From positions 144,026,001-144,090,000 of the forward strand of contig NC_042999.1 of the NCBI RefSeq assembly GCF_006345805.1: a DNA stretch of 64,000 nt, given 5' to 3'. Every line of letters starts with the position of its first letter. Position 1 is the stretch's first letter. The notes below the pieces were generated by a model. The model did no database searches. It was not told the origin of the DNA and saw nothing but the letters and a program-made list of their open reading frames with translations. The position numbers and the translations under genes were made by a program. The DNA comes from Octopus sinensis (Eukaryota). Below are positions 27,736 to 42,065 of the stretch, piece after piece.

Positions 27736-28779
27736 TATATATACAAACATACATCTATATAGATACAACCAAATCATATACATTCATAAAAACATATCTG
27801 CCTTTCTACTTATGTGTGTGTGTTCTTTTACTTGTTTCAGTTATTGGAACGCGCCCATAATTCAGCAGCACCTTCAATGGCTCGACCAATCAAATCGATC
27901 ATACTACTAATTCTTTCAAGTTTTGTACTTACTCTATTGCGCACTTGCCAACTTACAGGAACGTAAATAAACCAACACTGCCTGTTATTTAGTGCGAGGT
28001 ATACAGGAACACAAAGAAGCACACACTCTTACATACACTTACATACACGACGGGCTTCCGCACAGTTTCCGTGTGCCAAAATTTATTCATAATGCATTGC
28101 TTGTCCTCAATTTACAATAGAAGACACTTGCTTAAGAAGCTGCATAATTGAACTGAATCCAAAACTACATCAGTGTTTATTAAATGTAAGATTCTTTCAG
28201 AGATATTCATGTAGCGTATGCAAGTTTCTCGTCGTAGTTGGGATCAGGGTCCGAGTATGACTCATAACTGTCTTACGTTCTTTTTTTTAAAATTCTTCTA
28301 GAGATGTGCGCGCAACGGTGTACGTTCACTCTGTTTCTTCATGCCTGCACTTCACCAGCACCTCTGTACACATATACATACACATGCAAGTATACACAAG
28401 TGTATACGTTAAAATTTAGATTGAATAGTTAGCAGATTGGGTTTGAATGATACATTCTGGTGACTGAAAATTGTGTCTTAAAATATTTGGTCTTATGTAG
28501 GGAAGGAGAGCGTTGGGTTCATGAATGTTATGTAGGAAAACTCTGGCAGTAGGACTTGTACGTCGATTCTTTAAAGATATAATTTTATGCACTGATGCTA
28601 ATTAGTAGGTTGATGTAGCCTGGGAGTTGTGGAATTGTGTGTCTTTGGAGTGCTTGCAATAAGGAGAGATATTAAGATTATGGAATGTAGTTGAGATGGG
28701 AGAAGTTAGCTGGATCGAGTTTGTGGCTCGTTTCAGATGAGAATCATAATAAGAATTTGCATTTTGAAATCCATTTTGT

Positions 28780-29950
28780 AGGGGCAAGAAAAAATGCTCC
28801 ATCTCTTTCGTTAAGGATGTCCACCGACAAATGTCTTAAACTTTACTGTGGTGCATAGATTGCATCTGGTACCTTGTCCACTATACATAGTTTTCGTAGT
28901 ACTCCTGTTTATAAGCAGGTTGCTTACTCCACGGTCGTTTCAGCTCCGAAGCGGTGTTTTGTGCAAATCTTTCTAGGAAGTGCGGAAGTGTACTAGCCAG
29001 GCAAATATTTTGAGCTGAAACTGTGAGTTGAAAATAACACGATTGCAACGTGGAAGACACATGTTAGCTATTCCAAAACACACAGACTTTGAACTTCACT
29101 TAAACATTTATTGTTTATAATATACAAAATTTTCGTCGCTCGAAACTGCTACCTGGTTACTAACGATGTTATATTGCAGTGTAACTTTGTCGGTTTAACA
29201 TTGTTGGTGACCAGAGCATAGTATCGAGTGACGAAAATTTTGAATATTGCAAGCAATAAACGTTTAAATGAAGTTAATAGTCTTTGTGTGTTTCTGAATG
29301 GCTAATCCTGTATCTTCCGCGCTGCAATCGTTTTCTATGAAGGTATTCAAAGTAAGCCTTTCGTGTACCGTTGACACCGCGAATATCGGCACTGCACCCT
29401 AGCTTCTCGGTGCATTTGTTGTTTAGGAGATTGTTGTCGGGGATCTGGAATTACATGATCGCTTTGAAGGTGCACACACTAGTGCTTTTGTTGTGATTAG
29501 ATATTTGTAAACCCATAACAAACCTTAATAATGTTTCTGTCCAGCATTTTGTGATATTTAAGCTGACAGGGAGAAGTATTGATTAGGGTGAGAAATCGTC
29601 TAATTTCACAAGTTGTTACATCGATACAATATAGTGAACCGAGCCCCGATTATATACTTTTTTTCACGTCAACGCCTTATAGGATTAATTTGGGTGAATT
29701 CAGTGAAAGTAATATTTTCTTTAAAATCATATCTCACTAGAGGAGTGACTCTGTTAAAGGTGGTTTTATCAGAAGATAGCTAGAAATACACCTACTTATA
29801 CAATAGGCGATTTGCTTGATAAAGGATAGTGGATTATTTGGACTTTGTATCGGCGCTCCTTCATTAGGTTGATGCCAGGACAAGTTTTTTGCCTAAAGTA
29901 TAATGACTCCTTAATAGTTGATAATTTTGAGGTTGGTATTCAGTGATTTT
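28780..29950 (-). mobile_element. Highly degenerate Penelope-like element (RT thumb and GIY-YIG tail)
   Basis: Minus-strand remnants SNNPLSFIKQI..I.R.IS (the SNHP thumb motif) and TRCNLCTTVK..ILNER, similar to the intact element at 62-64 kb. Confidence 0.55.
29060..29310. mobile_element. About 250-bp MITE with ~80-bp inverted arms (Tc1/mariner-type)
   Basis: 29064-29143 is an imperfect reverse complement of 29224-29305; the right end reads CCTG|TA. Confidence 0.7.
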
Positions 29951-30354
29951 TCGGGTTGAGCAAATATTCTTATAAGTTTTTGTGAGAGTATGTGTGTGAA
30001 TGAGAAAGTATGTGTTTGCGTGTGTGTGTGTAAGAGAGAGAGGGAAAGCGAAAGAGTGAGAAAGTCAAAGAGAGAATGTGTGTGTGTATGTGTGTGTATT
30101 CACAGAATATTATATTCAACTCTTAGTACTGAGTCATCCCCTCAATGCTGAGCGTTTGAGATGACTTTATTTTAACACACATGCAAACACACATTCACAC
30201 GCACATGTACACACATACACACATACGTACACACAAATGCAAATGCATACACAGGTATATAAAAAAATTAACGCGCGTGCACACACACATATACACACGC
30301 AACTATCCTTTTACATTTGCTTGTGTCTTATATTGCTCCTGCTTTCTATTACAG

Positions 30355-30509
30355 ATCATGTGGCTGTGCCTGAGTTCAATGCAGGAGCAATGGAAAATTG
30401 GGGGTTGGTTATCTACCGAGAAACAGCCTTACTTTATGATCCAGATGTGTCATCAAGTTCGAATAAATATATGGTCACGTTAATCGTGGCTCACGAAATC
30501 GCTCATACG
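30355..30509 (+). CDS. M1 aminopeptidase exon B (155 nt) with GAMEN and HEXXH
   Basis: ttacag acceptor, ACG|gtgagt donor. Encodes (D)[51 protein letters not shown]. Confidence 0.97.
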
Positions 30510-30869
30510 GTGAGTAGTCTAAAAACCAATATATACCTATGATCGTTCGTTCGATTCTGGATTGGAAAATTTTTACTTAGCTAAAAGCTGAGGAGTCTTC
30601 GGAATATGAAATAATGTTTTTCTCTATGTTACCTTCAACAACATTACTCATATGCAGAAGATACCATCCTTCACTCCCTCCCAACTTTCTGCTTATAAGT
30701 GCCAACAACATGGCCCATGTAAACTCTGCGTTGCAAACATGGAGAGAGACCTCAAAAGTATTCTCAAATGAGGTTATATTGATCGTTTGTCCTTCAAATG
30801 CAGAAAGGTACAAAAACGGAACTTGTCAAAGAGACAGTCCCATACCCTACCAGTTCTAGTCATGACTAT

Positions 30870-31400
30870 AACAGTTAGGTCTTGTAATCACTAATGATCC
30901 TTTCTGGCGATCCCACATCCGCAACATGGCAAAACCTGCATCACGAAAACTGGTAATTTTCTTTAGAGCCAGGAAAAATTTCAAAGTCCATCATTTTTTA
31001 TTTTCTTCAGTACTCACGAGAGTTCAGCAGTGGAACGCTGTGCTTAATCTGAGATGACGCCACTGCGACACATTGAAACATCTGTAACCATATAAAAAAA
31101 GTTGCAAACCGACGGATGATAATGGAGTTACTCACTCCCACATCTCAACCTCTTGTCTACTAACGTGCTGTCTCCACCCTGAATCCGTTTCTACCACTAC
31201 TACAGTGGCCTCTACCCTTCTGGTCTGGCTGGTCTCATGCCATATTAACTCTGTATAACTCACACATATCTCATCCTCTTATAACCATATTGTGTCCACC
31301 TCACTAGGCACCACATTAACTCTATGTACAATCGTTCTTCCCCCAGAACATAAGCGCTCTGAATTTCTTTTCTCTAGCCAAGAGTTTCCTTGTAGTCGTC
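30870..31400 (+). mobile_element. Degenerate L2/CR1-group LINE 3' fragment
   Basis: LGLVITNDPFWRSHIRNMAKPASRKL and WDDATAT, typical of the post-RT region. Confidence 0.55.
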
Positions 31401-31510
31401 GACTTGCAATTCAAGAACATGAAGCCTATCGATTTGACTGGTCTCGAGGTAGCTCGAACACAAGCCACTCATCTGTATCAAATCATTAACAGACGTACAC
31501 ACATATGTAT

Positions 31511-31721
<211 letters not shown>

Positions 31722-31832
31722 TTCTTTCATTCTTTTACCGGTGTCATTGGACTTCAGTCATGGTGGTTGGCGAAAAGCTTTTAAGAGGTTACATTATATT
31801 ACATTATATATAATATAAATACTGTTTTGTCT

Positions 31833-31895
31833 TGATAACTGTTGAGATGCCAGAGCAGACTTCAGCCCCGGTATCCGAAACTCTGAGTTTTATTG
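31833..31895 (+). ncRNA. Type I hammerhead ribozyme relic (core CUGUUGA)
   Basis: Stem I TGATAA/TTATTG; CTGTTGA (A6 to T); stem II GATGCC/GGTATC plus an extra C; GAAA; palindromic stem III ACTC-T-GAGT; H17 = U. Confidence 0.55.
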
Positions 31896-32074
31896 TGACA
31901 ACCAACTAATTGTCACATATTATATTTATAGATAAATTCCTCTATTTTCCATAATATCGAGGTTTCATTCATTCTTTTGTTGTCATATTATTATTATGAT
32001 TATTAATATATATATATATATATAATACACACACACATACATGAATATATGTATGTGTGTGTTTGTGTGTAGGC

Positions 32075-32155
<81 letters not shown>

Positions 32156-32542
32156 TTCTTTCATTCTTTTACCGGTGTCATTGGACTTCAGTCATGGTGG
32201 TTGGCGAAAAGCTTTTAAGAGGTTACATTATATTAACCTAGCATTTTATCGAAAAATAAACAAGACTAGTGTAAACATGAACACGCGCACACGTGTACGT
32301 GTTTATTTAGGTGATAGGTAGATGTAGATATAGAATGTGAGATCTTTGGATCGACACTTTATCTTCAAAATTACCGTATGCTGTTACAGCAGAATGGTGA
32401 TCCTTAGATTTAATAAACATTATTACCAAACTTGTTTCTTCAAATTTAATTGCCGAACTGTTTTTTCTTTCGATTTCTTCCGTCTCCTTTTCAATTTCAG
32501 TTTATCATTTTTTATTGTTACTCATTTTTTCTGTCATTTCAG

Positions 32543-32656
32543 TGGTTTGGAAACATGGCGACCATGAGATGGTGGGACGATCTTTGGCTTAACGAAGGGT
32601 TTGCCAGTATCCTAATGTATTTCGGAATGAATCACGTACACCCAGACTGGGATGTG
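32543..32656 (+). CDS. M1 aminopeptidase exon C (114 nt) with third Zn ligand (NEGFA)
   Basis: tttcag acceptor, GTG|gtatgt donor. Encodes [38 protein letters not shown]; exactly 18 residues separate the second His from Glu. Confidence 0.97.
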
Positions 32657-33775
32657 GTATGTAAATGCATGAAGCATCGCGATATCAAAAAAATGTTGGA
32701 TTACATAGAAATTAAATTATTTTGATATATTTATTGCTTTTGTTTGTTTCTCAACCACGTGGTTATTATTTCGATCTCAGAAGGACTATCATTGCAGAAA
32801 CGCTAGAGCACCGGGCATGTATATTTAGTCCGGCAATGTATATTTAGTTACGTTTCTTTTCCTTCTGAGCTTAAACAAGGTCGATAAAATAGAACGAGTT
32901 TTACATTTAAATGACAGCTCCCAACAACAAAATTTTTTTGTTTGAGCTTAAATCAAAAATAACCGAATAGGAATGCCTCTACGATACCCTTCGATCCGCT
33001 ATGTATAGCAACCCTATCTTTTCAGCTCAAACCCTTCCGCGTTTAAAATGATAGCATATTATATATGTTCCTAGGTAAACTAAGCTCGGATAAAAGGGAA
33101 ATATCACTACGGTTAGACAGTCTTTGATGACATACCTGCCTAATCAGCCTGAGCTAGAACTAAATAAAATTTTATAGAATCGCTAGATGGTCTAATAAAT
33201 GTCTTGTAGTTCTTGCTACAGTTCTTTATATTCTGAGATCAAAGCCTACTGAGGTCAGCTTTACCTTTCAGTCTCTGGAAGTCGTTAAAATAACTTACAG
33301 TCAAGTACTGGGGTAGATTTAATCGACTAACTTCCCCCATCTAAATATAAAGTTCTATACCTTTAAATTCTGAGTTTAAATCTTATAAACACATTTTTGT
33401 CTTTCGTCTAACAAATTCAGTAACATATGGACCAGCTATATAGTAGGATGATGTATAATTACTTATAGACTATACCTTACAATAATTAACCATGTATCTG
33501 AAAATGTAACCAATATTTTAATTATGTTATAGTGAACGCCATCGAGTACAAGATAAGAACCCAATGATTTTAACCTCTGAACCAGTTTCAGTTTTCAGTT
33601 TGAAATTATTTCAATTCACATGCACCATTAAAATCTTTTTCTAAAATCATGATTGTCAAGGCACCCTATTTTTCATCTCTTGAATATGTGTACTTTAGTA
33701 GCAGTTCAAATGAAATTATATTTTATATGAGTAGATATCATTTGAATTAATGTATTGTTTCTTTCTTCTTTCCAG

Positions 33776-33910
33776 TTTTCTATTCTCGTTGTAGACGAGA
33801 TTTTACCAGTGATGGTTTTAGATGCACTCCTTACTTCGCACGCAGTTTCTTCTCGTATAGAGAATACGGACCAAATCATCCAGTATTTCGATAACATTTC
33901 CTACAACAAG
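33776..33910 (+). CDS. M1 aminopeptidase exon D (135 nt) with catalytic Tyr
   Basis: ttccag acceptor, AAG|gtatgc donor. Encodes FSILVVDEILPVMVLDALLTSHAVSSRIENTDQIIQYFDNISYNK (DAL..SH and FD.ISY.K motifs). Confidence 0.95.
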
Positions 33911-34597
33911 GTATGCTTTAAAAAGCTAATCTTTTGCCATGTTGATTTTACACAAAAGACCTTAAAAACTTTATGACTGGAAATTTGACAGACTTGGGAA
34001 GCACCTAGTATGTATCAAGATCACATTTTACTGTAAAAAAAAAAGAGCAGTTAATTTCATTCGATTCATGGGAGTTATTTCTCAACCTGAAAATTGAAAC
34101 TTGCAATTTTTGAACATTCGTAGATGACCCTACCCTGCTAGCGCTATGGGGTTGACCAAAATCTCTTTATAAAATCTCTATTTAAAGTAGTACAAGGAAA
34201 ATAATTTTACAGTTTTTAGTTCGAGATAGAGAGGCAGGCGTTCCGTAGTCTTAACACTGTCGCCCGAGAAGGGATAGAAATGCTATGTGCGTCCCATCAG
34301 TCAACCGGATTTTATTGCAGCAAAACACGGTATTTGGTTAACGCAATGTATTATGGTAACTTAATCAGATCTACTTTCCTACCAGTAGAGTCACATCAAG
34401 ATTATTTTCTTCCACTCTCTCTTGAAAAATCTATTTCTTGTTTCTGTTCACTTCCTTTTGTCAATATTAAATATCGGTTACATTGGATGATGTTGAAATT
34501 TTATAATAATGAAGATAGGGAGGGTGGTAATGAGTGATGGCAACGATGATTGTAACACTATCTTTATTTATTTTCTTTATTTTGCTTTTATTTCCAG

Positions 34598-34663
34598 GGA
34601 ATGGCAATATTACGGATGTTGAAAGGTTTTCTCGGCTGGGAAGCCTTCAGACGATCGTTGCAG
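34598..34663 (+). CDS. M1 aminopeptidase exon E (66 nt)
   Basis: tttccag acceptor, CAG|gtatag donor. Encodes GMAILRMLKGFLGWEAFRRSLQ, continuing the Y.KG..ILRML motif. Not in the ORF track. Confidence 0.93.
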
Positions 34664-35326
34664 GTATAGAAATATTTTGTGTTGTTATTTACAGCAGTTG
34701 TTACTTATGATCTTCTTCACTGTGTTTCCATTGATCTCTGCTGCCACTACCACTTTCATTGTTACAAAAACAACAACAACTACTACAACTAGTACTACTA
34801 CTACAGCTGCTACAACTACTACTAATACTACTACTGCTACTACTACTACTACTATTACTACTGCTGTTGCTACTGCTAAAAACAGCAACAAAGAAATAAA
34901 AAGCTGATTTAGGAAACCACGGAAATAGAGCTAAATATAATAAGAGCAATGCTTAAACTATTACCTTACAACATTTAGCATTTCTGTATTTTGAGGAGGA
35001 ATATCCTCTTTTCAAAGAGTGAGAAAAATGAAAGATGAAATTTTCTGGTTTCTTGGCAAATAAAATCTGTATGGGATAATTAAAAAATTTTAGTCATTTA
35101 ACTATCACCAAACTACGTCTCTTGTTCTATCTCTCCCAAAAATTGTATTTTCATCCGAAATATCGGGTTATTAAACGCTTTAAAGTAAAAGCTTAATCAA
35201 TTTAAATACAATCATTACTCAAATCAATTGCAGTCGCCATCTAACTCAGTTACACATACACACACACATATACTGCAGTTCGTCCAAGATAAAATTTGTT
35301 ATGGACTTGCTGTGTTTGAATACGCA

Positions 35327-35359
<33 letters not shown>

Positions 35360-35493
35360 GTGTGTGTGTGGTGTGTGTGTGTGTGTGTGTGTGTTGTGTG
35401 TGTGTTGGTGTGTGTGTATGTATATATAATATATATATATAATATATATATATATATGTGTGTGTGGTGTGTGTGTGTGTGTGTATGTATATG

Positions 35494-35542
<49 letters not shown>

Positions 35543-35680
35543 CAATTGAGGATTAAATCTTTAAAAGAAATTATCAGTAGCCAGCGTGAAAAACCTCGTA
35601 AGAGAAAAAATCCGTAAATTCTTCCTCTTTGAAAATATTCATTTATATTATATTGAGGGTACTACGAATAGTAGTACCCT

Positions 35681-35719
<39 letters not shown>

Positions 35720-36547
35720 AGAGGGACACGAAATATAAAGATTTTATCATGGACGAAAGTTGCAGTAACTTTCCTGTCAACGGTGTATGCACATTAAGTA
35801 TGATGCATATGTTGTCACTTTAATTTAATGTTGCTCCAATTGCTTACACGAGATTATTTATTCAGCCCTGCAACAATTCTCAACACCCTGAGTATATGAC
35901 TCACGGTTTCCGATATAGGAAAGGACAGCTCACATCTAGGCATGTGCCTGGCTACGAGTGCACGTCATTGACAAGACCCTCGTGACCGAAATGCATCTAC
36001 CGTTCTCGTTTGCTAGTGACACAATTTTTCGTTTCCCGCCGATATGTGTGCACGCGTGCGTGTGTGTGTGTATTTGTGTGCATGCGCGCGCGTAGTTTTT
36101 AAGCACGATAAGACTTTAGAACAGTTTAAGCACAGTAAGACTCTAGAACGAAAACCACAGTAACTTGCCTGTCAACGATATATATAAATTATGTGATACA
36201 TCGATAGTTACTTTAATAATACCGTTTCAAGTGCGTACGTACATACATACATACATACATACATACATACATACATACATACATACATGCAAGAATGCAT
36301 ATATACATGCATACAAAGAAATACACGCACATGATTATATATATACAAATATATTAATATATTTGTCTAAGTCTATTTTCATTTTTATGAACAAGAGCGC
36401 CAAATATTATGTGCAGTATATACTTGTAGTTAATGATTCAAACGACCTCAGTATTTCAAAGACATGCATTTTACCAAATCTTTCAAACACAGACACACAA
36501 ACATGTACACACACACACAAATATATATATATATATGTGTGTGTGTG

Positions 36548-36638
<91 letters not shown>

Positions 36639-36641
<3 letters not shown>

Positions 36642-36978
36642 GGCGCATGGCTCAGTGGTTAGAGCGTCGAGCTTACGATCGTGAGGTTGTGAGCTCGAAT
36701 CCCGGACCGGGCTGCGTGTTGTGTTCATGAGCAAGGCACTTTATTTCACGTTGTTCCAGTTCACTCAGCTGTAGAAATGAGTTGCGACGTCACTGGTGCC
36801 AAGCTGTATCGACCTTTGTCTTTCCCTTGGATAACACTGGTGGCGTGGAGAGGGGAGGCTTGTATGCATGGGCGACTGCTGGTCTTCCATAAACAACCTT
36901 GCCCGGACTTGTGTCTAGGAGGGTAACTTTCTAGGTGCAATCCCATGGTCATTCATGACCGAAGGGGGTCTTTACCCC

Positions 36979-36981
<3 letters not shown>
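36639..36981 (+). mobile_element. tRNA-derived CORE-like SINE (family 2)
   Basis: A-box TGGCTCAGTGG, B-box-like GCTCGAATCC, then gagcaaggcactttatttcacgttg.ccagttcactcagctg resembling the CORE domain. Confidence 0.8.
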
Positions 36982-37016
<35 letters not shown>

Positions 37017-37020
<4 letters not shown>

Positions 37021-38257
37021 AGTAATGCCCCTGACCCACTTCCCATACCAGTAGAGCAACGAAACTTGGCACAGTTATTAGTCTTTTTCTACATAGGAAC
37101 CACCCAGAGTTACGCATTTCTCCCATCGTTTGATGCGGCTCTGGAGACCGTTTTTGTAGAAGAACCCAGCTTGGTCCTCCAACCTCAACGTGACTTCAGA
37201 AATCAAGGCTGCATCATCTTGGAAACGCTTTCCTTTCAAAAACAACTTCATGATTGGGAAGAGGTGAAAATCAGAGGGTGCAAGCGCAGGAAAGTAGGGG
37301 GGATGGGGAGGAGTTCATAGCCATACGCCTGTGCTTCTGATCTGGCGACAAGCGAGTTGTGGACCGGAGCGTTGTCCTGCAGGAGGAGGATGCCTTTGCT
37401 GATCTTGCTCCGCCTCTTGATTTTGATAACTTCTCTTAATTTCCTCAAAAGTGAAGCATAATAGGCTCCTGCAATTGTGGTACCCTTTGCCAGGAAATCT
37501 GTCATCACTACTCCGTCCTGGTCCCAGAATACTGTGAGCATGACCTTGCCAGCAGAGGGCTGCACCCTTGCCTCCTTTGGAGGGGGTGAGTCACGGTGCT
37601 TCCACTGCATTGACTGGGCTTTGGTCTCTGGATCATAGTGATGGACCCAGGTTTCATCCTGTGTAATCAGTCTTTTGAAAAATTTTGACTCATCTTCTTG
37701 GCACATCTCCAAATTCACCCTCGAGCACTCGACGCGTTCTTGCTTCTGGAAAGGCGTGAGCAACCTGGGAATCCATCTGGCAGACACCTTTTGCATATGC
37801 AAATGGTCATGAATGATAGTTTCCACAGACCCGGTACTAATCTTGACTTCATGGGCTATTTGGCGAATAGTTATGCGTCGATCTTCCAAAATGGCAGCCT
37901 CAACTTGACGGACAGATGCCTCATCAATGGCAGAAGGGGGTCAACCAGGTCTGGGAGCTGTTTCCACAGAGTTCCGACCATGTTTGAATTCACGATGCCA
38001 GCGTTTTACAAGGTCATCAAAAGTCTCCCGTGGTGTGCATCCTTACAAATACAAAAACCGGATCACTGCTCGACACTCAACAGGCTCCATTTCACACTTG
38101 ACTCGGTTCAAACACCTGTAAATCAGAAACCACAATTAATTCAGAGCTTTAATTTGCCACTTACTCTATAGAGATATAAATAATTGCACATGCAAAATTT
38201 CAGCTAGATCAAACAACTTCAAGTGGGTCAGAGGCATTACTTATTGAACGTCCCTCG
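37017..38257 (-). mobile_element. Mariner (D,D34D) element, near full length, same family as 8294-9280
   Basis: Right TIR ...TTATTGAACGTCCCTCG|TA intact; the outer part of the left TIR is replaced by (TA)n. ATG at 38090; WIPRLL, LITQDETWVHHY, LLQDNAPVH. A premature TAA, a 39-bp deletion and a frameshift in YSPDLAPSD disable it. Confidence 0.95.
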
Positions 38258-38282
38258 TACATATTATATATATATATATATA

Positions 38283-38430
38283 TGACAGGCTTCTTTTAGT
38301 TTCCGTCTACCAAATCCACTCACAAGGCTTTGGTCGGTCCGAGGCTGTAGTAGAAGACATTAGCCCAAGGTACCATGCAGTGGGATTGAAACCGGAACTA
38401 TGTGGTTGAGAAGCACACACAGCTACGCCT
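38283..38430 (-). mobile_element. CORE-like SINE fragment
   Basis: gtagaagacatt.gcccaaggt.ccatgcagtgggattgaa.ccggaac is the reverse complement of a tRNA head plus CORE. Confidence 0.65.
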
Positions 38431-39872
38431 GCGCATATTTCTTTTCATGACCAGTTATGATAAAAACAATTTTACATCAATCTGATGGGTTTATTGTATA
38501 CGTTTATTATTCCTATCCAAGAATGTTGCTGACAGTAACTTCGAAGTTTCGACCAGCTAACCTATTTTCCGACGAATAGTAAGTATGTGTGTGTGTGTGT
38601 GTGTGAGTGTGTACACATATACATATACCTGAGGACCCACTGTGTTGTCATCATCTGCACATCTCGTTTCGGCATCTAAAATTGCAACATCTATTCGCTT
38701 ATATTTAGTTGATATTCAGAGCTTGTGTCTAACCAACAGCTACACGACACTTCCACAATCTTTGCCTATAAAATATTTTTTGCATATATATGGTTAAAGA
38801 CAGGTAGTCGCATGAAATAAAATTACAAGAGATCGTTACAAAATTATACAAAACATACGCTATAGAAGCGTAGTGAAACGAAAAGAAGGTGGGTGAGGTA
38901 AGGATAACAGTGAAAATATGACGAATAATTCTTTGAAACTTCCCAAGAAGCAACAAAGACATCACTGTGACAATCAATACAGAACATATCGCAACTACGA
39001 CTGATTCCTTCAGAAATCGCAGTATTTTATGTCCGTACATTAAACACAAAAGCAGGCCTACCAAAATAGTACACTGACTTTCTCAGGAATCAATAAGAGG
39101 TTTTTGTGTTATTCTTGCAATACAAACAGTTATCATAATAGCACCATATCCTTCTATGTATCTGCCAACTTGAACTGAAACAAATGTGTGTATGTACGTC
39201 TATCTGTCTGTCTGTCACTATGTATGTATGTATGTATGTATGTATGTATGTATGTATGTATGTATGTATGTATGTAGGTATGTATGTATGTAGTATGTAT
39301 GTATGTATGTATGTATGTATGTATGTATGTATGTATGTATGTACGTACGTATGCAATTGTATGGCAGTGTTATGTTCAGTATTTAAAAAGAAAAACTTTT
39401 ATAGATATAAGCAAGGATTCTTGTGTTTGAGAAACTCAAACATCAATACAGATAAAGTAATATGTAAATGTGTATAGGAATTATATATATTCCTGTCAAT
39501 TTCACACTCTTTCTCACTCTCTCCTCTTTCTTTCGACTGTTCTCTGGCATATCATTTGCTATCTCAATTTCATTATTTTCTATTTTCTGTCACACATACA
39601 CACACAAGCAGATAATCTGTGTTCATGTTTTTGTGTGTTTGTGAATGTAAATATATAACTCCAAGCATCTATGTACTTGCCAATATATATATTTACGTAT
39701 AAAATCTTAACAAAGATAAACATCTAAGCAAGACTATGTTTAATGTATACGTATGGCTGTGATGTATTATTGCCCCTTGCATCTCCTCGTCTCTCTCTCT
39801 CTTTCTCTCTTTCCCTCTTCCTCTCTCCTTCTCTCCTTCTTTCGTTCTCTCCTTCTCTCTCCTTCTTTCTCC

Positions 39873-39905
<33 letters not shown>

Positions 39906-40239
39906 TTTATGTGCACATACAGAGACGTGTACATACACACACACACACTCACAAACGTGTAAAAAAGTAAAAATGCTTGCATATATATATATATATATTA
40001 TACCCGCAACAATGAATGTCGGTATATGTATATTTCGATGCATATAAAATTATTGCAAATACATACACACATCTATGTCCGTGTATGTATGTGTACATAT
40101 ATATATGTATATATAATATACACACATATTCATATGCATTTTATGTATGAGTAAATATGTATGTGAACCTCTTATAAGCAGTGCGTGTTTGTGTAGGCTC
40201 CTGCGTGTGCGCAAGCGTGTGTGTGTATCTGTCTGTCTG

Positions 40240-40279
<40 letters not shown>

Positions 40280-40293
40280 TGTGTTTGTGTATT

Positions 40294-40370
<77 letters not shown>

Positions 40371-41003
40371 AGAAACAATGGCAATTATTAAGTTCACATC
40401 ATCGGCAAGTATGGGAGACAATTTTGGATATGCTTAGATGTCAGGAAGATCCCATCGGAGGATATTAATTAACCTTGAACGTACTGGCCGAAGTAATGTG
40501 GTCACAATATATTAACGTTTCATTCATCATGCCACCACAACAATTTTTTCTATAATTTGACGTATCTAAAAGATGCATTAATATATACTTTTCAGCTGTG
40601 CAGTATTGAAACTAATTTGCCGTACGCTAATGAAACGACTCTTGAAACTACTTTCGTTCATCACGTGAACGATTGAACATCTTTTTGTTCACTCGAAATG
40701 CCAGAAAAAGCAATCAAATTTCTCTGTATGATCACACCCTATTCTTCGCCGTAAATTCATTATACTTCTTTACAGATGTTCCTTCTGGGTAGCAGCAATA
40801 GTATTGATGCTGGAGTTGATACTTCGATGCGAGCTTTCACAGTATCATCAGCCTTCTTACTCTTGTGTAAAAACAAAATCTGTGTCACCATTGCTGGTGG
40901 CTATGTAGAGAAGGACTAATAATTATGCCCAGTTTTGTTTATCCCAATCCTAGGGAAGTGGGTCAGGGGAAACCTTTAATGAACACCCTTCGTATGTACG
41001 TAT

Positions 41004-41227
41004 TTTATTTTTCTATTGCCCGCAGGTGGCTAAACATAGAGGGGACAAACAAGGACAGACAAAGGGATTAAGTCGATTACATAGACCCCAGTGCGTAACT
41101 GGTGCTTTATCTATCGACCCTGGAAGGATGAAAGATAAAGTCAACCTCGGCGGAATTTGAACTCAGAAGGTAACAGCAGACGAAATACTGCTAAGTATTT
41201 CGCCCGGCGTGCTAACGTTTCTGCCAC
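41004..41227 (-). mobile_element. tRNA-derived SINE (family 1)
   Basis: Reverse complement of the 50711 family, including an A-rich tail. Confidence 0.8.
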
Positions 41228-41992
41228 GTATTTATATGTGTGTATAGTATGTATGTATACGGGTGTATACATTTACAAACACACATTTTCATGTGCACAC
41301 ACAGGGAAATAAGTTTCTTTTTCATAAGAATAAAAGAAATGGAGTTTAAATAAAATTAACCACTTTCTCAATTTCATGATTTTGAAAAGTTTTATAGTGG
41401 TATACTTCAAGTTTCATCTTGCTGTTTAACAGGAAAACTATTCATCTTTATTTGTAAGCTAATACCGTTACAAACATTTGATGAAAGCAAGTCTTATAAG
41501 GAAAATTAAAATTATAATACTTTAAACAGCCTTCTTTCATCTAAATGTTCTAATAGTATCAACTTTCAAGTAAAGATGAATAGTTGTTATAAGTTGAAAA
41601 TCAAATTAAGCATCCAGTAGCTCTGAAATCAGTTTTTTCCACTATCCTCATATACATATACATATATAAAACCAGTGTGATTGCTTTTCTATATATTGCG
41701 AGCTTGAGTAAACTATCGTTATGTCTAGCAGACGAGTATCCACCACTGAGGACGACTAAAATAAGATCGAAATCACGTAATATGGTGGTCTCCAAGCTAG
41801 AATAGTAGAGTTCTCTGTCCACTTGCAATACATATCGAGTACACTGAACAACCAACTCGAGGAGACGTCTGGGGTTAAGATAGCAGTATCATCTGTTCTT
41901 ATAGAACACCTACGTTTAGGTGGCAATAAGCATTACTTCTCAGTATAAATACTGCTTTCATCTCTAAGATTTTCTTAACGAACTAATTTGAT

Positions 41993-42064
<72 letters not shown>

Positions 42065-42065
<1 letters not shown>

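Noticed and set aside
36639-36715. tRNA gene-like sequence with A and B boxes (also at 59465 and 58249)
   Set aside because: Stems are imperfect and the sequence continues into CORE-like SINE bodies, so these are SINE heads rather than tRNA genes.
38537-38548. Palindrome AACTTCGAAGTT that reads as GAAA plus a palindromic stem III on the minus strand
   Set aside because: No CUGANGA or stem II upstream; it may be chance.
40950-40995. Mariner TIR-like end (gggaagtgggtcaggg...gaacacccttcgta)
   Set aside because: It resembles the 8294/37017 family end, but no partner TIR or transposase remnant was found; too short to call an element.
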